In this document: positions 50,741-64,000 of the stretch, piece after piece
How positions within the stretch are numbered: position 1 is the stretch's first letter
How the letters are laid out: each line of letters begins with the position of its first letter
Source of the DNA: Eledone cirrhosa
Lineage: Eukaryota
DNA: 64,000 bases
Reading direction: 5' to 3'
Assembly: GCA_964016885.1 (NCBI GenBank)
Contig: OZ024743.1
Coordinates: 282,968,001-283,032,000 of the forward strand
Notes under the pieces: model-generated
Told to the model about the DNA's origin: nothing
Databases searched by the model: none
The model's input: the letters and a program-made list of their open reading frames with translations, nothing else
Position numbers and translations under genes: made by a program

Positions 50741-53699
50741 TTCAGCAACGTGGGTGTTGGGTGTTTATCGTTGGAGCAGAGAAACTGATTGGCATTTTGA
50801 AAGTGGGGGGGGGGGGGATAGGTTTGCGATGCTGATGCGGTGACAGCCGAAGATTTGCGAAGGGCAAAGATTTGATTAGTGTAGGAATGGACGTCATGTT
50901 TGAGAAAAAAAAAAGGGGGGGGGGTGAAGAGTGCAAAAATGTAAAAGGCCAGCTTGACACAATTTGTCGCACTGATTCCGCCAGAGAATTAAGTTAAAGG
51001 CACACGTATGTCTGGAATGCTCAGTCATTTACATGTCAATTTCCATCCTCCTAAAAATGAGTCCTTAAATCCTGGAAAACTGTAAGTCCAGTATTGAAAA
51101 TCAAATAAAAAAAATCATTTACTTTACTCTACTTATACTTTACTCCACTTTCCAAATCTCTTTCAACGCAACCCATGAAATGTTTTGATTCAGACAAAAT
51201 CGTTGTAGTGTAAGTAGAAGAAACAGAATTAGGACATTACCAGTGACAGTGACCCCGTGCTTATAGTAATTTATATCCCTAACTCTCTATGACAAAGTTG
51301 TTATTGTTACATTAACATAATTGTATAATTAATAAACAATTATGTTAAAAAAAACGTTATTGATGTAATTGAGTAATTTAGTTTCGTTCTGCCATTAATT
51401 ATTTCAAAACCCCTAATAAATAGACAAACAACATATTTTATGTTGGAAAAGAAGGCATACAATACTATTTTAGTGAAATTAAGTCATTGTATTGTTTTAA
51501 TATCTTGTGGAACTATTTTTATTTTGGGAGATTCTTTTTCTTTTGCCGTTATTCAGCAGCAGCAGTTCAACAGTTATAGAAAAAAGGCATATTGTTGTTA
51601 TGCGTCATTTAGAACAGTGACATGTCGCTTGGATTATTTATACGATTTATCTCTAGCTTCTCCTTCCTCATTCCACTTTTTCTACTCCATCGTTCCTTCT
51701 TCACACTTCAACTTCCCACTCTTTCTTTTTTCTCTTACTCCTGCCTTTAATCTTCTGCCCCCCCCCCTCCCTTTTTTACCTCCTTAAACTCACTTTCCAA
51801 CCCTTTTCTATTTATTCTCTTTCATACTCACTTCGACCTTATTCTTGAGATAGTAGTTGGATCTGTTTTTAAAGCTTTTCTTACATTAAAAACATCTTAA
51901 TTGAGAAATGGGACAGTTATATAATCTGGTATTAGAAAATTCAAATATTGTTGACTTGTTTACTTGCTTGATTTTTTTACCACCGATAGTCAACATTTAC
52001 ACATCAACAGAGAAGCTTACCAATCAGTAGATCTATTAGATTCAACCCCCTCAACTGTGTTTTAACTATTGACTGGAATGAATGGTTTCAGCCTGCTCGT
52101 GAAATTAAAGTGTAGGTGGCTGAGCATTCCATAGACACGTGTACCCTTAACCTAATTCTCTGGAAAATTCAGCGTGTTAGTGTGTGACAAGGCTGGCCTT
52201 TTGAATTACAGGGACATCCGACGGGCTTCCAAGCAGTTCCCGTCTATTCAATTTCATTTACAAGGCTTGAGACGACATGAACATAGTCAATTACACTTGC
52301 CCAAGATGCCACACAATCATAAGACCACCGAACATCTTAATCATTCGACCACGCAGTGTCCACACAATATAGACTACAGTAGGAATGATCACAACCAGGA
52401 AAACTAATCGAATTTAAATAAAAGGTAGAGCACCAGACTAAATGCTTTACAATATCTTGTTCTAAGTTTAAATATTATACATTAGCTTTTCCCAATAAAG
52501 TAGTAACAGACTTTACCTGTCTCCCGAATAACACCAACACCTGCTTTTAGCAGAATCTATTCAGTTCAAGCATTTGGACATAGTCTTCGGTCCGACTTTA
52601 TTAAAAAAGATTATGTGAGCTGCTCATCTTCCTCTTGTTAAACAATACAATAACTATTTTGAATAATATCAAGGTTTATTCTTGCAAAACAGAGAAGTAG
52701 GGCGTGCGTACGTGTGCATTTGTATTCTCATTGCAAACCTGAATGATTTAGTCGATATAATATTGATTGTAGAACCGTACGAAGGCACAGTATTTTTTTA
52801 ATCCTGTGTTCATCTCTTAAATAACCCAGTCTAGTTATCTGTAAATAGAAGGATTTTAGAGATAGGTGTTCAAATTTAAATCAATTTCTTAAATTTTCAC
52901 AAGGGCAACATTTTGTATCGTTGGTTAAATCGATTTAAATATTACTGGTGCTAGGAAGGGAAAACAAAGCTTCCCGCTGACGGTTTTTACCTCAGAATGT
53001 AAAGACTCATAATTTTAACACTGCCAATAGAGACATCGCGGGCCAGCGAGAGAACCAGTGCATAGTTATTTACTTACTGGAAATACCTGCCAAATCTCTC
53101 TTGAATCACATCTTAACATCTTTTTAAAAGTGACATATTGAATAATGGGGTCCTAAACAGGGTGGTCACGGCTAGAACACCTTTGGATCATATTCGATCA
53201 GGAACGACATGAGGCTAAACAACACCGATACTTTCACAAACAACAACAGCACTACTTTTATCATTGTCAATTTCATGTAATTTTTTAAAATGCTGAAATA
53301 CTTTTAAATGGTCTGTCTTTACAATAACAATATTTATTTTCATAAACATAAAACATGTATTTTCCCACCTGTTCAACCTTCTAATGTTCCCCACTCTAAC
53401 TATATAATTTCAAATATTTTTTGGCCTATATCTACCTACTTTAAATACCGCCCTAATAAATTATTTTTGAAGCGACCTCTAACATACATAGCTATTTCTC
53501 TTGTATACATCAGACATAGTTTTTGACACAATTGTTTGGTTTCTCAATTTCACATTGCACAACTAATGCGTTTTAATTTTGTGAGGGAGACAATGAAAAT
53601 TTATGATGAATAAGATTTTCAAAAGTAATAAATTAATAGAAATTAATTTAAAAAAGGGGGGTACGGGAGAAGATGTTACAACAAAGAATGATAGTGCTT

Positions 53700-54030
53700 C
53701 CTAATAAAAGTTTTTGAGGCATGCCAAGGCACACACAACATTGTCGCGAGTGATAGCAAGACTAAAGCGCTGGAATAGCTAAGCACCCTCATGGGCATTG
53801 CCTGATACAACAGTAAGGTGAATTGCCAACAACGACCAAAAATTTGTTATCGGATGCCCAGCGACCTTAAACGTCTCGAATGCCACAAGTAGAAATAATT
53901 TACCGATATTTTATGGTATATCAAAATTTTATTCAATTCGGCTATGGATGTAGTGACCCTCACCTCGTCGCAGCATCCAGGTTGTGAGAAGGGGCAAAAG
54001 AGTTGTTGACCGTGGCGTTCCATATGAGAC
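53700..54030 (-). mobile_element. CRE-like 3' fragment, decayed
   Basis: Similar to 47700-47990 (aaattttattc, ctggaatagctaagcacc, acgtctcgaa). Confidence 0.6.
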
Positions 54031-55379
54031 ATCTACTTCTAGCTTAGGGGTAAAGGATAAAAGTATCGGGCCTCTTCCCACCAACCTTGGACAATCAGGC
54101 TGACTCCAGAATACAGCCTACTTTATTACTAGGTTACCGGATTAGGCTAAATGGTGGTAAGAAGAACCACCAACTAGGAAAGCATTTCTTCAAATATTTA
54201 CATAAGCTCACATTTCTTGGTGGAAAATTCTTCAAGCTAGCCTTAAAATGTAAACGTTTTTGTTAAGTCTCGGTTAACTCCAGATAATGTGGGAGGAAAC
54301 GAAAGAAAAGTGTTTTCTGTCCCCATATGTAGTAAACGTTGAAAAATCAGCAGACGTTGTCTTCAACATGCTAAAAACGGTGATTTTTTAAAAAGAGCTT
54401 TGGGCCAAGAAAAATCTATTTAAAAAATCTATAAAAATTCCACTGGTTATTGATGTTTTCTTTATATCCTGCATTAAAAAAAAACGAAAATATTTTAACG
54501 GAAGACTTGGGGGAAATTAGCCAACGTTATTGAATGCAAGATTAAGTGAAGGGAGATAACTGAAGAGTAACAATTAAGAGTTTTTTCCCTTTTTCTCCGG
54601 TTCACGTCATTCTTCACGAGGCCTTTAAATTGTCACCCGACCTGCTATAAATGGAAACCAAGTCCTCCTCAAATCACATCCTATAAGTCATATTAGATAA
54701 TGTAGTCCTATATATTCCTAAAAAAGATGGGATGGTCATGACTGGAATGCATACGATCACAAGTCAGCTCAAACAGGATAGACCTAGTGCTAAACAGCAA
54801 TTATAATAGACGCGTTCTTGTGCAGAGAAATTTTACCTATTGCTTTAATAATATTTTTTTTTGTAATCATGATTTTTTTTTTTATTAAAAGAGACAGCTT
54901 TAGTTTAGCCTGGAATTAGCTGTTATTGTTCAGTCAAACCCACAGCTTTCCAGTTTTTTATGCAGGTTATATAGGGACATAATGAGTCCATTCCATTTTT
55001 TTAGCTAGTAGGTAGAGTGTGTTTTGAGAGAGATTTGACGCTACTATTTCTAGTAGGCCAAACTATTACTTAGAGGTTCCCTCATTGGTTGGTAAATTAG
55101 TAGTGCAGTTATGAATGTTTAGAACATGATACCAAATACAACTGAACACTATTTCAAATTTCTATCCAATCTTTATATATATAATCAGTTTGTTGAGTAA
55201 TTATTATTTCTAGTGTTACTGATTTTAGCACATAATGCAGTTACATGATTTGGATGTTCAAAACATACAATTATATGATTTTATACCGCCATCCATTTGG
55301 TATTGGCGTATATCGCAGTGTTTATATAAGAAAGCGAAATTTCAATTGAACAAATTTGTATTCAATATAGTTGTGTGTG

Positions 55380-55826
<447 letters not shown>

Positions 55827-56480
55827 TTTTTCCTTGAATAGCCTACCTATTTACCATAGGTTTCACCTGAGCTGAGCTCTATTAACCAATGAAACATATG
55901 TCAAACATATAGCCCAGTATCTTTTTACAGTAGTGCCTCCATCTAATATTTATTTTATTCTTCCTTTTTCAAAACAGTCGATATTATACGAGGAATATTT
56001 GGTAGATATTTCTAGCTGTTCGAACCCTTACGTAATACTTACTCGCTGGCTCGCAATAGTTTGAGGTGGCCAGTAGAAACAGACGTCCTATCGATCTTCT
56101 CACACTGGACCCAGCGGAATCTTCAGGATGTAACGATTCGGGGAACAGAGGAAATGATTTCACTAGCCCCGATATGGTACTTTCTCTATCGACTCCGAAA
56201 TAATAAAAGACAAAGTGGATTTCAGTGGGATTTGAACGCAGAACTGAAAAGAATATTGCAGTGCACTGTCTATCTGATGCTCTTACAACTCTGTCAAAAC
56301 AACCACCCATAATAATGACTACGATGTAGTAGTAGTAGTAGTAGCAGCAGCAACAATAGCAGCATCAGTAGTAGTAGCAGTAATAGTAGTAGTAGTTCTA
56401 GTATTAGTAGTAGTTGTTGTTATCTTGCGAATAGTGATGCTGTCAATAGTAAGAACTTTTGAAGTATTTTCTTGATGGTA

Positions 56481-56644
56481 TTATTGGAAAGGTATAAATT
56501 TCAAAGTTATCTCCCTTGCACTGCACCATGCCGACAATTTTGCAGGTTGAGCAGCGACAACTGATTGAAGAATTGCGTTTACATATTGTTTATTTGATTT
56601 ATAAATTATATCCATCGAATCCCTAGTAATATACAGGAAAGCAA
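56481..56644 (-). CDS. Possible terminal coding exon of an unidentified gene
   Basis: ttttcaaatgtttacag| acceptor followed by 53 open codons (AFLYITRDSMDIIYK...AWCSAREITLKFIPFQ*) in unique DNA. Confidence 0.25.
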
Positions 56645-57255
56645 CTGTAAACATTTGAAAATATGGGAACTACTTTGTAGTCAATCAACCTGCTAGATAT
56701 AGCAGCCAAATCTCATTAAACCGTTTTTAGAATGTGGATTAAATCTTCGGACATATGCAATAAAGCTGAACTGGTCGTAACTATTAAGCTATTTTATTGA
56801 GCTCACATCGTAATTTCAATTCCCAGAGAAAGTGGGAAATAGGGATATGTACATGATAAATTTTTCCAAGAAAAATAAAAGACAGATATGTGAGTGAGTC
56901 GTGAGAACTAGAGGAAATTTAAATCTCGAACAGGGCTTACTTTCATGGGATAAGAGACTAGATGAAAGGCCTTACCTAGAACGTTAGATGTTATTTTTTC
57001 TCCTGACACAAATATTTCGTTTTAATTTTCTTCTGAACGGTGGGTTTACACATTTAGTAGCGCGTCCGGTAAAATGTTTTGTGATATTTAGTTGCACCTA
57101 TGAGATTGAATTCAGTCATGGTCGCTCCTGTCTTTCATCTTTCTGCGGCTGATAAAATAAGTATAAATCAAATATAATAAATTATCCTTTCTCAAATCGT
57201 AGTTTTGTGCCCATGTTAGAAACCTATATTTCCTATTTTTCTCATGTCGGCATAA

Positions 57256-57256
<1 letters not shown>

Positions 57257-57325
<69 letters not shown>

Positions 57326-58110
57326 GTACTCCCGCTTATTCCTGAGAGGGTTGTGGGGCAGAATCTTCAAACACTCCTTCCAGCGGGTCCTGTCAGAAGC
57401 AACCACCTCCAATTGATTCGCCTAGATCCCCAAACGTGACTAGCCAAGCTCATGGATGTTATCCAGCCAGATTCCTCGGGGTCTACCTCCTGGGTCTCCT
57501 GCCGGTTGGTTTTGTCCTTAAAATCCGTCCAGCGATTCTCGAATTCGGAGAAGTAGCGGCTCTACATGGAGTGACTCTCTGATCTCCGAGTTATGCACTC
57601 TATCGAGTAACGTTACTCCAAAGACCCTTCGGAGGAATCTCATTTCGGCCACTTGTATTCGCGATCGTATTCTTTTGGTCATTACCCAAGATCCGTGACC
57701 ATAGGTAAATGTTGGCATGAAAACCGAATTGAAGATAGCGAGTTTGGCTTCCACCCCTACCTTCCTTCTTCTGATTACTGAATGTTGAAGCTGGTGCATT
57801 ACTACGCCGGTTCCTGCAATTCTTGCACTTAATTCAGCCTCTTGCCTTCCATCACTCGTGATCACGACCCCGAGATACTTGAACGTCTCTACCTGCTTCA
57901 ATGAAACTTCATTTACATGTAGAGTGCACTGCGCAGGCTTTCTTGAGAAGACGTGTGTCTCAGTTTTCGCAACACTGATTTTCATTCCAGTCATGCAGCA
58001 CTCAGCAGCAAACCTATCAAGTGCAAGTCGAAGATCATATTTTGTCGAGTTAAGTAACACCATGTCGTCTGAAAACTCCAGCCGACTGATTTGACACCCG
58101 CTAGTCACGA
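57257..58110 (-). mobile_element. Rex3/Expander-like RTE 3' portion with (AGT)n tail
   Basis: GMKISVAKTE...QVETFKYLGV...PTFTYGHGSWVMTKRIRSRIQVAEMRFLRR...VEPLLLRI; (TAC)n at 57257-57325. Confidence 0.88.
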
Positions 58111-59017
58111 TATCAATACTAGAGACATATTTTTAAATGTGCTTTAGTATCGTGTTTGAAGCTTTAATGTTATTGAGTTAAAATCCCTCATCAAGGAAGG
58201 TTATTTCATTTTTCACCGAAAAACTGTTAACGACTAATCACGTGGTACCGGGTTGTTAGCCTATGTTCTACACCTTACTAATATTCTACAAAAAAAAATA
58301 ACTAAGATTGTAATCCTATATCTAGAAGAGTGAACAGTCGGTTGACTTCAGAAAGTTTTCGAAATTTGAAATGTAGTCGTCCTAGCGTAAATGACTATAA
58401 CAATAGACGATCACTATAAATAATGATCTTGATGAGAGTTCAGCTTGGATAAGTGAGTTACTGAATAAGGAAAAATGGTTAGGGTTAGATATTGATAGCC
58501 TGTTTTGATGTGAAGGGTTTTAGTAGAAACGTTAGTCTTTACTTCTTCCCAAGACACAGCATACGCCACGTCAATATACATTCCCAAAGAAACTAATAAC
58601 AAAAAAGAAAAGAAAAGAAATGAAAAGAAAAAGAAAGAAAGAAAATTCCACCCGGCATTCTTCTGACTCTGACTTCTCCACCATAAATGCCAGATTGAGA
58701 GTTACAGAAAAAAACATAAAAAGAAAAAACAAACAAGACAAAAAACCCGGTACAAACTCTACCATCGCACATTCATTTATGTCGAAGTTTGTGGAAGTGT
58801 TGATTTCATCAGATAAGGAAAATGATTCGGGAAAATTTAGCATATCTACCCCCCCCCCCCTCTATCCGCTTCTTCCCCCTCTCTCTCATTCTCTCTCTCT
58901 CACATAATTTTCCATTGGAAGTTCTTCGCAGGATTCAAGCTAATCCCAAACAAAGTGACACAACTTCTTTGGTTGGATTAAGACAATTCCAAAGATTTGT
59001 GCATGTTAGTGCGATTT

Positions 59018-59179
59018 AACGTGCACATAGACATGGGTGTATGTAACGTGCACATAGACATGGGTGTATGTAACGTGCACATAGACATGGGTGTATGTAA
59101 CGTGCACATAGACATGGGTGTATGTAACGTGCACATAGACATGGGTGTATGTAACGTGCACATAGACATGGGTGTATGT
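59018..59179. repeat. 27-bp minisatellite, 6 identical copies
   Basis: aacgtgcacatagacatgggtgtatgt. Confidence 0.97.
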
Positions 59180-59310
59180 GAAAATGTGCTTTCACTCATG
59201 TAACGGGTGTACGTTCCTTTAGTATACGAGTGCGTTTAATTACCTTTTATCTAGGTATGTACGCGTGCGTGTGTGTGTGTGCGTATGTGCATAACATATA
59301 CACATGTGAG

Positions 59311-59694
<384 letters not shown>

Positions 59695-59915
59695 ATAATA
59701 TATGTAAAAGGTAATATTGGAAGGGATATATTAGGTTAACGCTTATATATATGGGATAACAAGTTATCGTTTTAGGTAATCCAGTTAGAGGTTGTGAGTA
59801 CTCTGTACTATTTCGAGTGATCAGCAGCCTTTAGACTCACCTGATCAATGAAACAATTGTTAATACTGTAAATAAAACCCTTTTTGTACAGCCGACCATG
59901 TTATTCTTCACTCTT

Positions 59916-59969
<54 letters not shown>

Positions 59970-60007
59970 TATATATATATGTATGTATATATATGTATAT
60001 ATATATA

Positions 60008-60207
60008 AAACGAAGGAGTTGTGATAAGGAACCAGATGGACCATAACGCACCAGAGTACTCAATACTTAGGGTAGTAGAGTGAGTAATAGGAAATTGTAA
60101 GACCCCGACGGAAGAGCTCAAGCCGTTTCGACGGCTATTTCTGGACCATCCAGAAATAGCTGTCGAAACGGCTTGTGCTCTGCCGTCGGGGTCTTACATT
60201 TTCCTAT
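60008..60207 (-). mobile_element. Fold-back element with hammerhead 3' half and tail hairpin
   Basis: Arms 60087-60145 / 60149-60207; GAAA-cgg...ccg-TC; hairpin 60058-60081. Confidence 0.8.
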
Positions 60208-60219
60208 ATAGATATATAT

Positions 60220-60900
60220 ATGTTCATTCCAGTAAATCAAAATGGTGAATCTTTTAGAGTGGTCTCAATCACCTTGTGGTGCTAGGTGTCCAACACTATG
60301 ATCGTGACATCGTCCGCATATGCTGACACACATCTTTCGCATCATATTTAAAGTGGGATTCCCCTTAATGTCTCAGTGGTGTCTAGAAGAGACCAGAGGA
60401 GGGATCAACATGATACTGAACCGTTCTGGTAGGTGGTCATTTACTCTGATTGCTGAGTAGATATTGTTGTATATTGCGATGATCCAGCTTCCGAAGACAG
60501 GATCAAAACCAGCTGTAAGGACAGCCCCACCTGTGCCAGGTACCTTACTCACTCTTTCTGTGAAGTATCGCATGAAGTGGAGGTTGTTAGTGATCGCGCT
60601 TATCTGCGCGTCACCAATCAGACTATCAATAATAAGTATCAACCTTAGTTAAAATCTTGAAATCTTTGTTTAGCAAAGTTATGGATAGTAAATTATTGTG
60701 GTCCTCTTTGTTCGGGCCTTTTCTCAGTGGTGCTACAACTCATTGGATCATAGTACAAGGAATTCTCGCGTTCTGCTGTAAATTACGGAAGGCATCCACC
60801 AAGAAGTCGCGATAAGTATGGCAGATAAGTGGGGCAAACCATCAAAACCAGGTGATTTCCCTCATAACTTACCGTATTTCTGTGGATGGTATCGGCTTTT
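60220..60900 (-). mobile_element. Decayed Tx1/L1-group LINE RT
   Basis: KSPGFDGLP, DFKILTKV, ITNNLHFMRY, WIIAIYNNIYSAIRVN, VSAYADDVTI. Confidence 0.75.
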
Positions 60901-62057
60901 CGCAACACTTTGACTCCGTTTCCGAGAGTAGCGACAGGACGTTAAATACAAATCTGTGGTCTGTGTAGCCGATCGCATTAAACTGTGGACAGTCTACACT
61001 TCTCTACGTACTTGGTCTACATAATATTCTATCTAGATACGATCTAGATGATCCGATGCAGTTTGTCCATGTCCACATTGACACATTTGGGACATCCGGG
61101 CATTACCTCTCTAACGGCTGGAAACACCTGTGCAGGTTTGCGATTCTTTTCCACCTCACTCTCTTATCGGCTAGTTCCACACAGTCCCAGTGGGCATCTA
61201 AGATGACATGATAACCTCCCTAATTAGTTCATCTTGAATATCAAACAATTGCTTCGGTAAAGATAGACATAGGTGTGTAGCGAAATCTGTCCGCGCCTTG
61301 AAATTTTATGTCACCACATTTATTGTGTTAACAAGTTCATGCGTGGGCTGTCCCCTCAGGCTGGGGGACAGGAAGTGACAGCTATATATAGACCCTGTAT
61401 CAAGCTATCAGACACAGAGATATCGAAGCGCTAGGATACACAACTAATATGTAAGGATTTACTGCTATCAATAGACCCCCAGTGGTCTACAGACAGAGAC
61501 ATCGGAGCACCTCACCAACAACAAGCTATGCAAAGATTCACCACTATTCAACAGACCCCATGAGGTCTACAGATACACCCAGAGCGATTGGAACCCTGCT
61601 ATACAGAACACAAATGTGGAAGATTCACCGCTGTATGCAGTTCACGGTATTTCTCAGTTACTACAGACCATTCATAGATATACATACCATACTCTCTTAC
61701 TAACACAGTCTAACAACTACTACCACGGTCTCCAACAACAACAATTATCTATCGCTCGCTGTTTTCACACCAACAACAACCACAGCCTACACATCAACAA
61801 CAAAATAATATTGTCAATCTTTGCAACTTATGGTAACTTGTTTATTGTACCTTTTAAATGATTCACGTGAAGTAAATTATATATAACCAAATCATTTATT
61901 CCTAGTATTCTTAATATTCTAATATTCTTTATATTCCTATTATACATTTACACCTATTATTCTTGTTATAATCATAACAAATAACCACATATTCACATTC
62001 TAATTTCCATTTATACCATTCGGTAAAGGTGCATCCTGTTAATAGCAATACTAATGT

Positions 62058-62250
62058 CAGACCTGCCAACCTCTAAAAACCCAAACGGAAAGTACCATGA
62101 AAAAAGTGCCCAAAACGGGGAGAAATGAGGCAAAATAGGAAGATTTTACATAATGAAAGCTATACCCATTTTTACAAAAGAAGACATCTCCCACCCACCC
62201 CAAAGTGGGTGGAAGATCTCCCCGTCCGACGGGGAGAGTTGACATGTATG
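62058..62250. mobile_element. TIR MITE (hAT-like termini)
   Basis: cagacctgccaac / gttgacatgtatg; second copy at 33315-33640. Confidence 0.8.
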
Positions 62251-62899
62251 TAATGTGTATCTTGTGACTGCATTCTCTCACAGTTTCTGATAATCTTGAA
62301 TATATGTATGTACATTTAACAAAATTTAACTAATTGCTTTTTTTTTTGTTATCTAAGAAAGGGAAATCTAGATCTATCTATCAAATCATAAATATTTCTT
62401 TTAATGTTATAATAACATGGCTTTCTAACCTTGCTAAGGATATAGGATATATAACATAAAGATATTTTAACCCTTTCACTCTCACTCACGTTTTCGCTGT
62501 TTGCCAGTCAAAGCAGCGTGATAAATACCCCATCCTTATACTCACTATCATTTTACATCTACTATCACTTGCTCATTCTATATTTGTCATTTAGCAGCCT
62601 CGTACTTCAACATTATCTCCAGATGCCACCTCCCCTTCAAAGACAACATTGCAGATCAAAGCTCTATGTGTATGTCGAGGGAGTTCTGACTACTCCAATG
62701 ATCATGAATTTATAAGTGTCACATGCAATTTATCTGTGAGACTGAAGAGCAAGAAAGTTTGCAGAATTACACCAAAAGACTGGGTTTTAGAAAGCTGACC
62801 CCCCCCCCCCAAAAAAAAAAAAAAAAAAAACAACAAAACACAACAACTTGATATGCAACATGCATTTGCAGCAAATATAACGAACAATTTAAATATGCT

Positions 62900-63520
62900 A
62901 CTTGACAATGCACCAGTCGACACTGCTCCAATCGATGCTTGCTGGGAATAGCCGCACGAGACAATCTATAGAACAGCTGCTGTCTCAATTGGCTTCCCCA
63001 GACAAGCATACTGATTAATTTGAGGAACATCATAGAGAGATACAGCAGCTGTTATCTGAGAAACGAAAATAGCATTTTAGTGAGCTACTAAACTAGCTCT
63101 GAAAAATTTCTGGCGATGATCTGGGACGTATCCAAAAGCTTTCGGAAAATGTCAGCTTGGATTTACCGCCATCTATGAAGAAGTTGAAAAGTATCAACTA
63201 CGAGACAAAACCAGGGGAAATTCCTGGTGTTGACAGCATTACCATGGAAATTTATAAGTACGGTGGAAAGAATTTCGTCATAGATTTCGCCAATTCTTCA
63301 GAGAATGTTAGCAATGTAGTAATTTCCCGGCAACAGTTCAAACGTGGCGACACCATTTACAAAGATGGTCACCATTTTTAAGCGTAAGGATAACTGACAG
63401 GACTGCGAAAATTACCGAGGAATTTTCCTTCTCTTAACTGCAAGGAAAATTTATCAAAATTATTGCACAGATGACTATAAAAAATATTCGAGCTCATTCT
63501 TCCTGAAAGCCATGTTATCT
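62900..63520 (+). mobile_element. Decayed RTE (BovB-like) linker/RT N-terminus
   Basis: LDLPPSM...PGVDSITMEIYKYGG; DCENYRGIFLLLTARKI; ILPES. Confidence 0.75.
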
Positions 63521-64000
63521 TACTCTCTCACATCTCTTCGCCCACATCCTTAGTCTCTCTCTGTCTATCCCTTTCTTTCTCTCTCTCCCATTCACATCTA
63601 CATCTCTCTCTACACATACCATCACAAACCCACACAGTTTAACTCTTCAATCTTTTATACAATTCATCATCACACGAACATTTGCTTCATCAACTTGGGA
63701 GTATTCTTCAGTTAACCATGTGATTTCAACGAATTATCTGTAGTTTCAAATCAAACATTTGACGAAATTAATAACTCTAATTTAGACAAAGAGAAGCATT
63801 CATTTTTCTCTGTTACCCGCCAACATCACCTCCGTCAAAAAAACAAAACAAAACAAACTGGTATGGAATGAAATTTTACCGCGGACTTTTCCAATGTGCT
63901 AACCACATGTTCTTGGGTATAACTTAATTTACGTGAAATGACTTCAACTACACTTCAGCCAAATGATAATAATATCCTCCCGGTAACATATGAATCTCAC

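Noticed and set aside
59018-59179. Possible CRISPR array or repeat protein (HTPMSMCTL)n
   Set aside because: No spacers, eukaryotic context, no cas genes; the ORF arises because the unit length is a multiple of 3

Overview
AT-rich, repeat-dominated eukaryotic DNA; the (TA)n/(GAT)n microsatellite load, tRNA-derived SINE families and PHD-containing RTE LINEs look like an octopus/coleoid cephalopod genome (inference). No intact host CDS is evident. Almost all long ORFs are transposon remnants (RTE, CRE-like, CR1-like, Tx1/L1-like and Penelope-like retroelements, a Helitron helicase) or microsatellite artefacts. A CpG-retaining block at about 13.3-16.1 kb carries divergent exon candidates. The most notable signal is a set of about 12 hammerhead-ribozyme(-like) loci from several unrelated sequence families. 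Seven are fold-back palindromes embedded in (TA)n/(CA)n. Six share a covarying bulged stem-loop (RCTC-stem-TW bulge-GAGY), and in five of them the inverted arm stops 4-7 nt before it, suggesting a positional signal for Penelope-like retrotransposition. Coordinates were read by eye, and boundaries of degenerate repeats are approximate.
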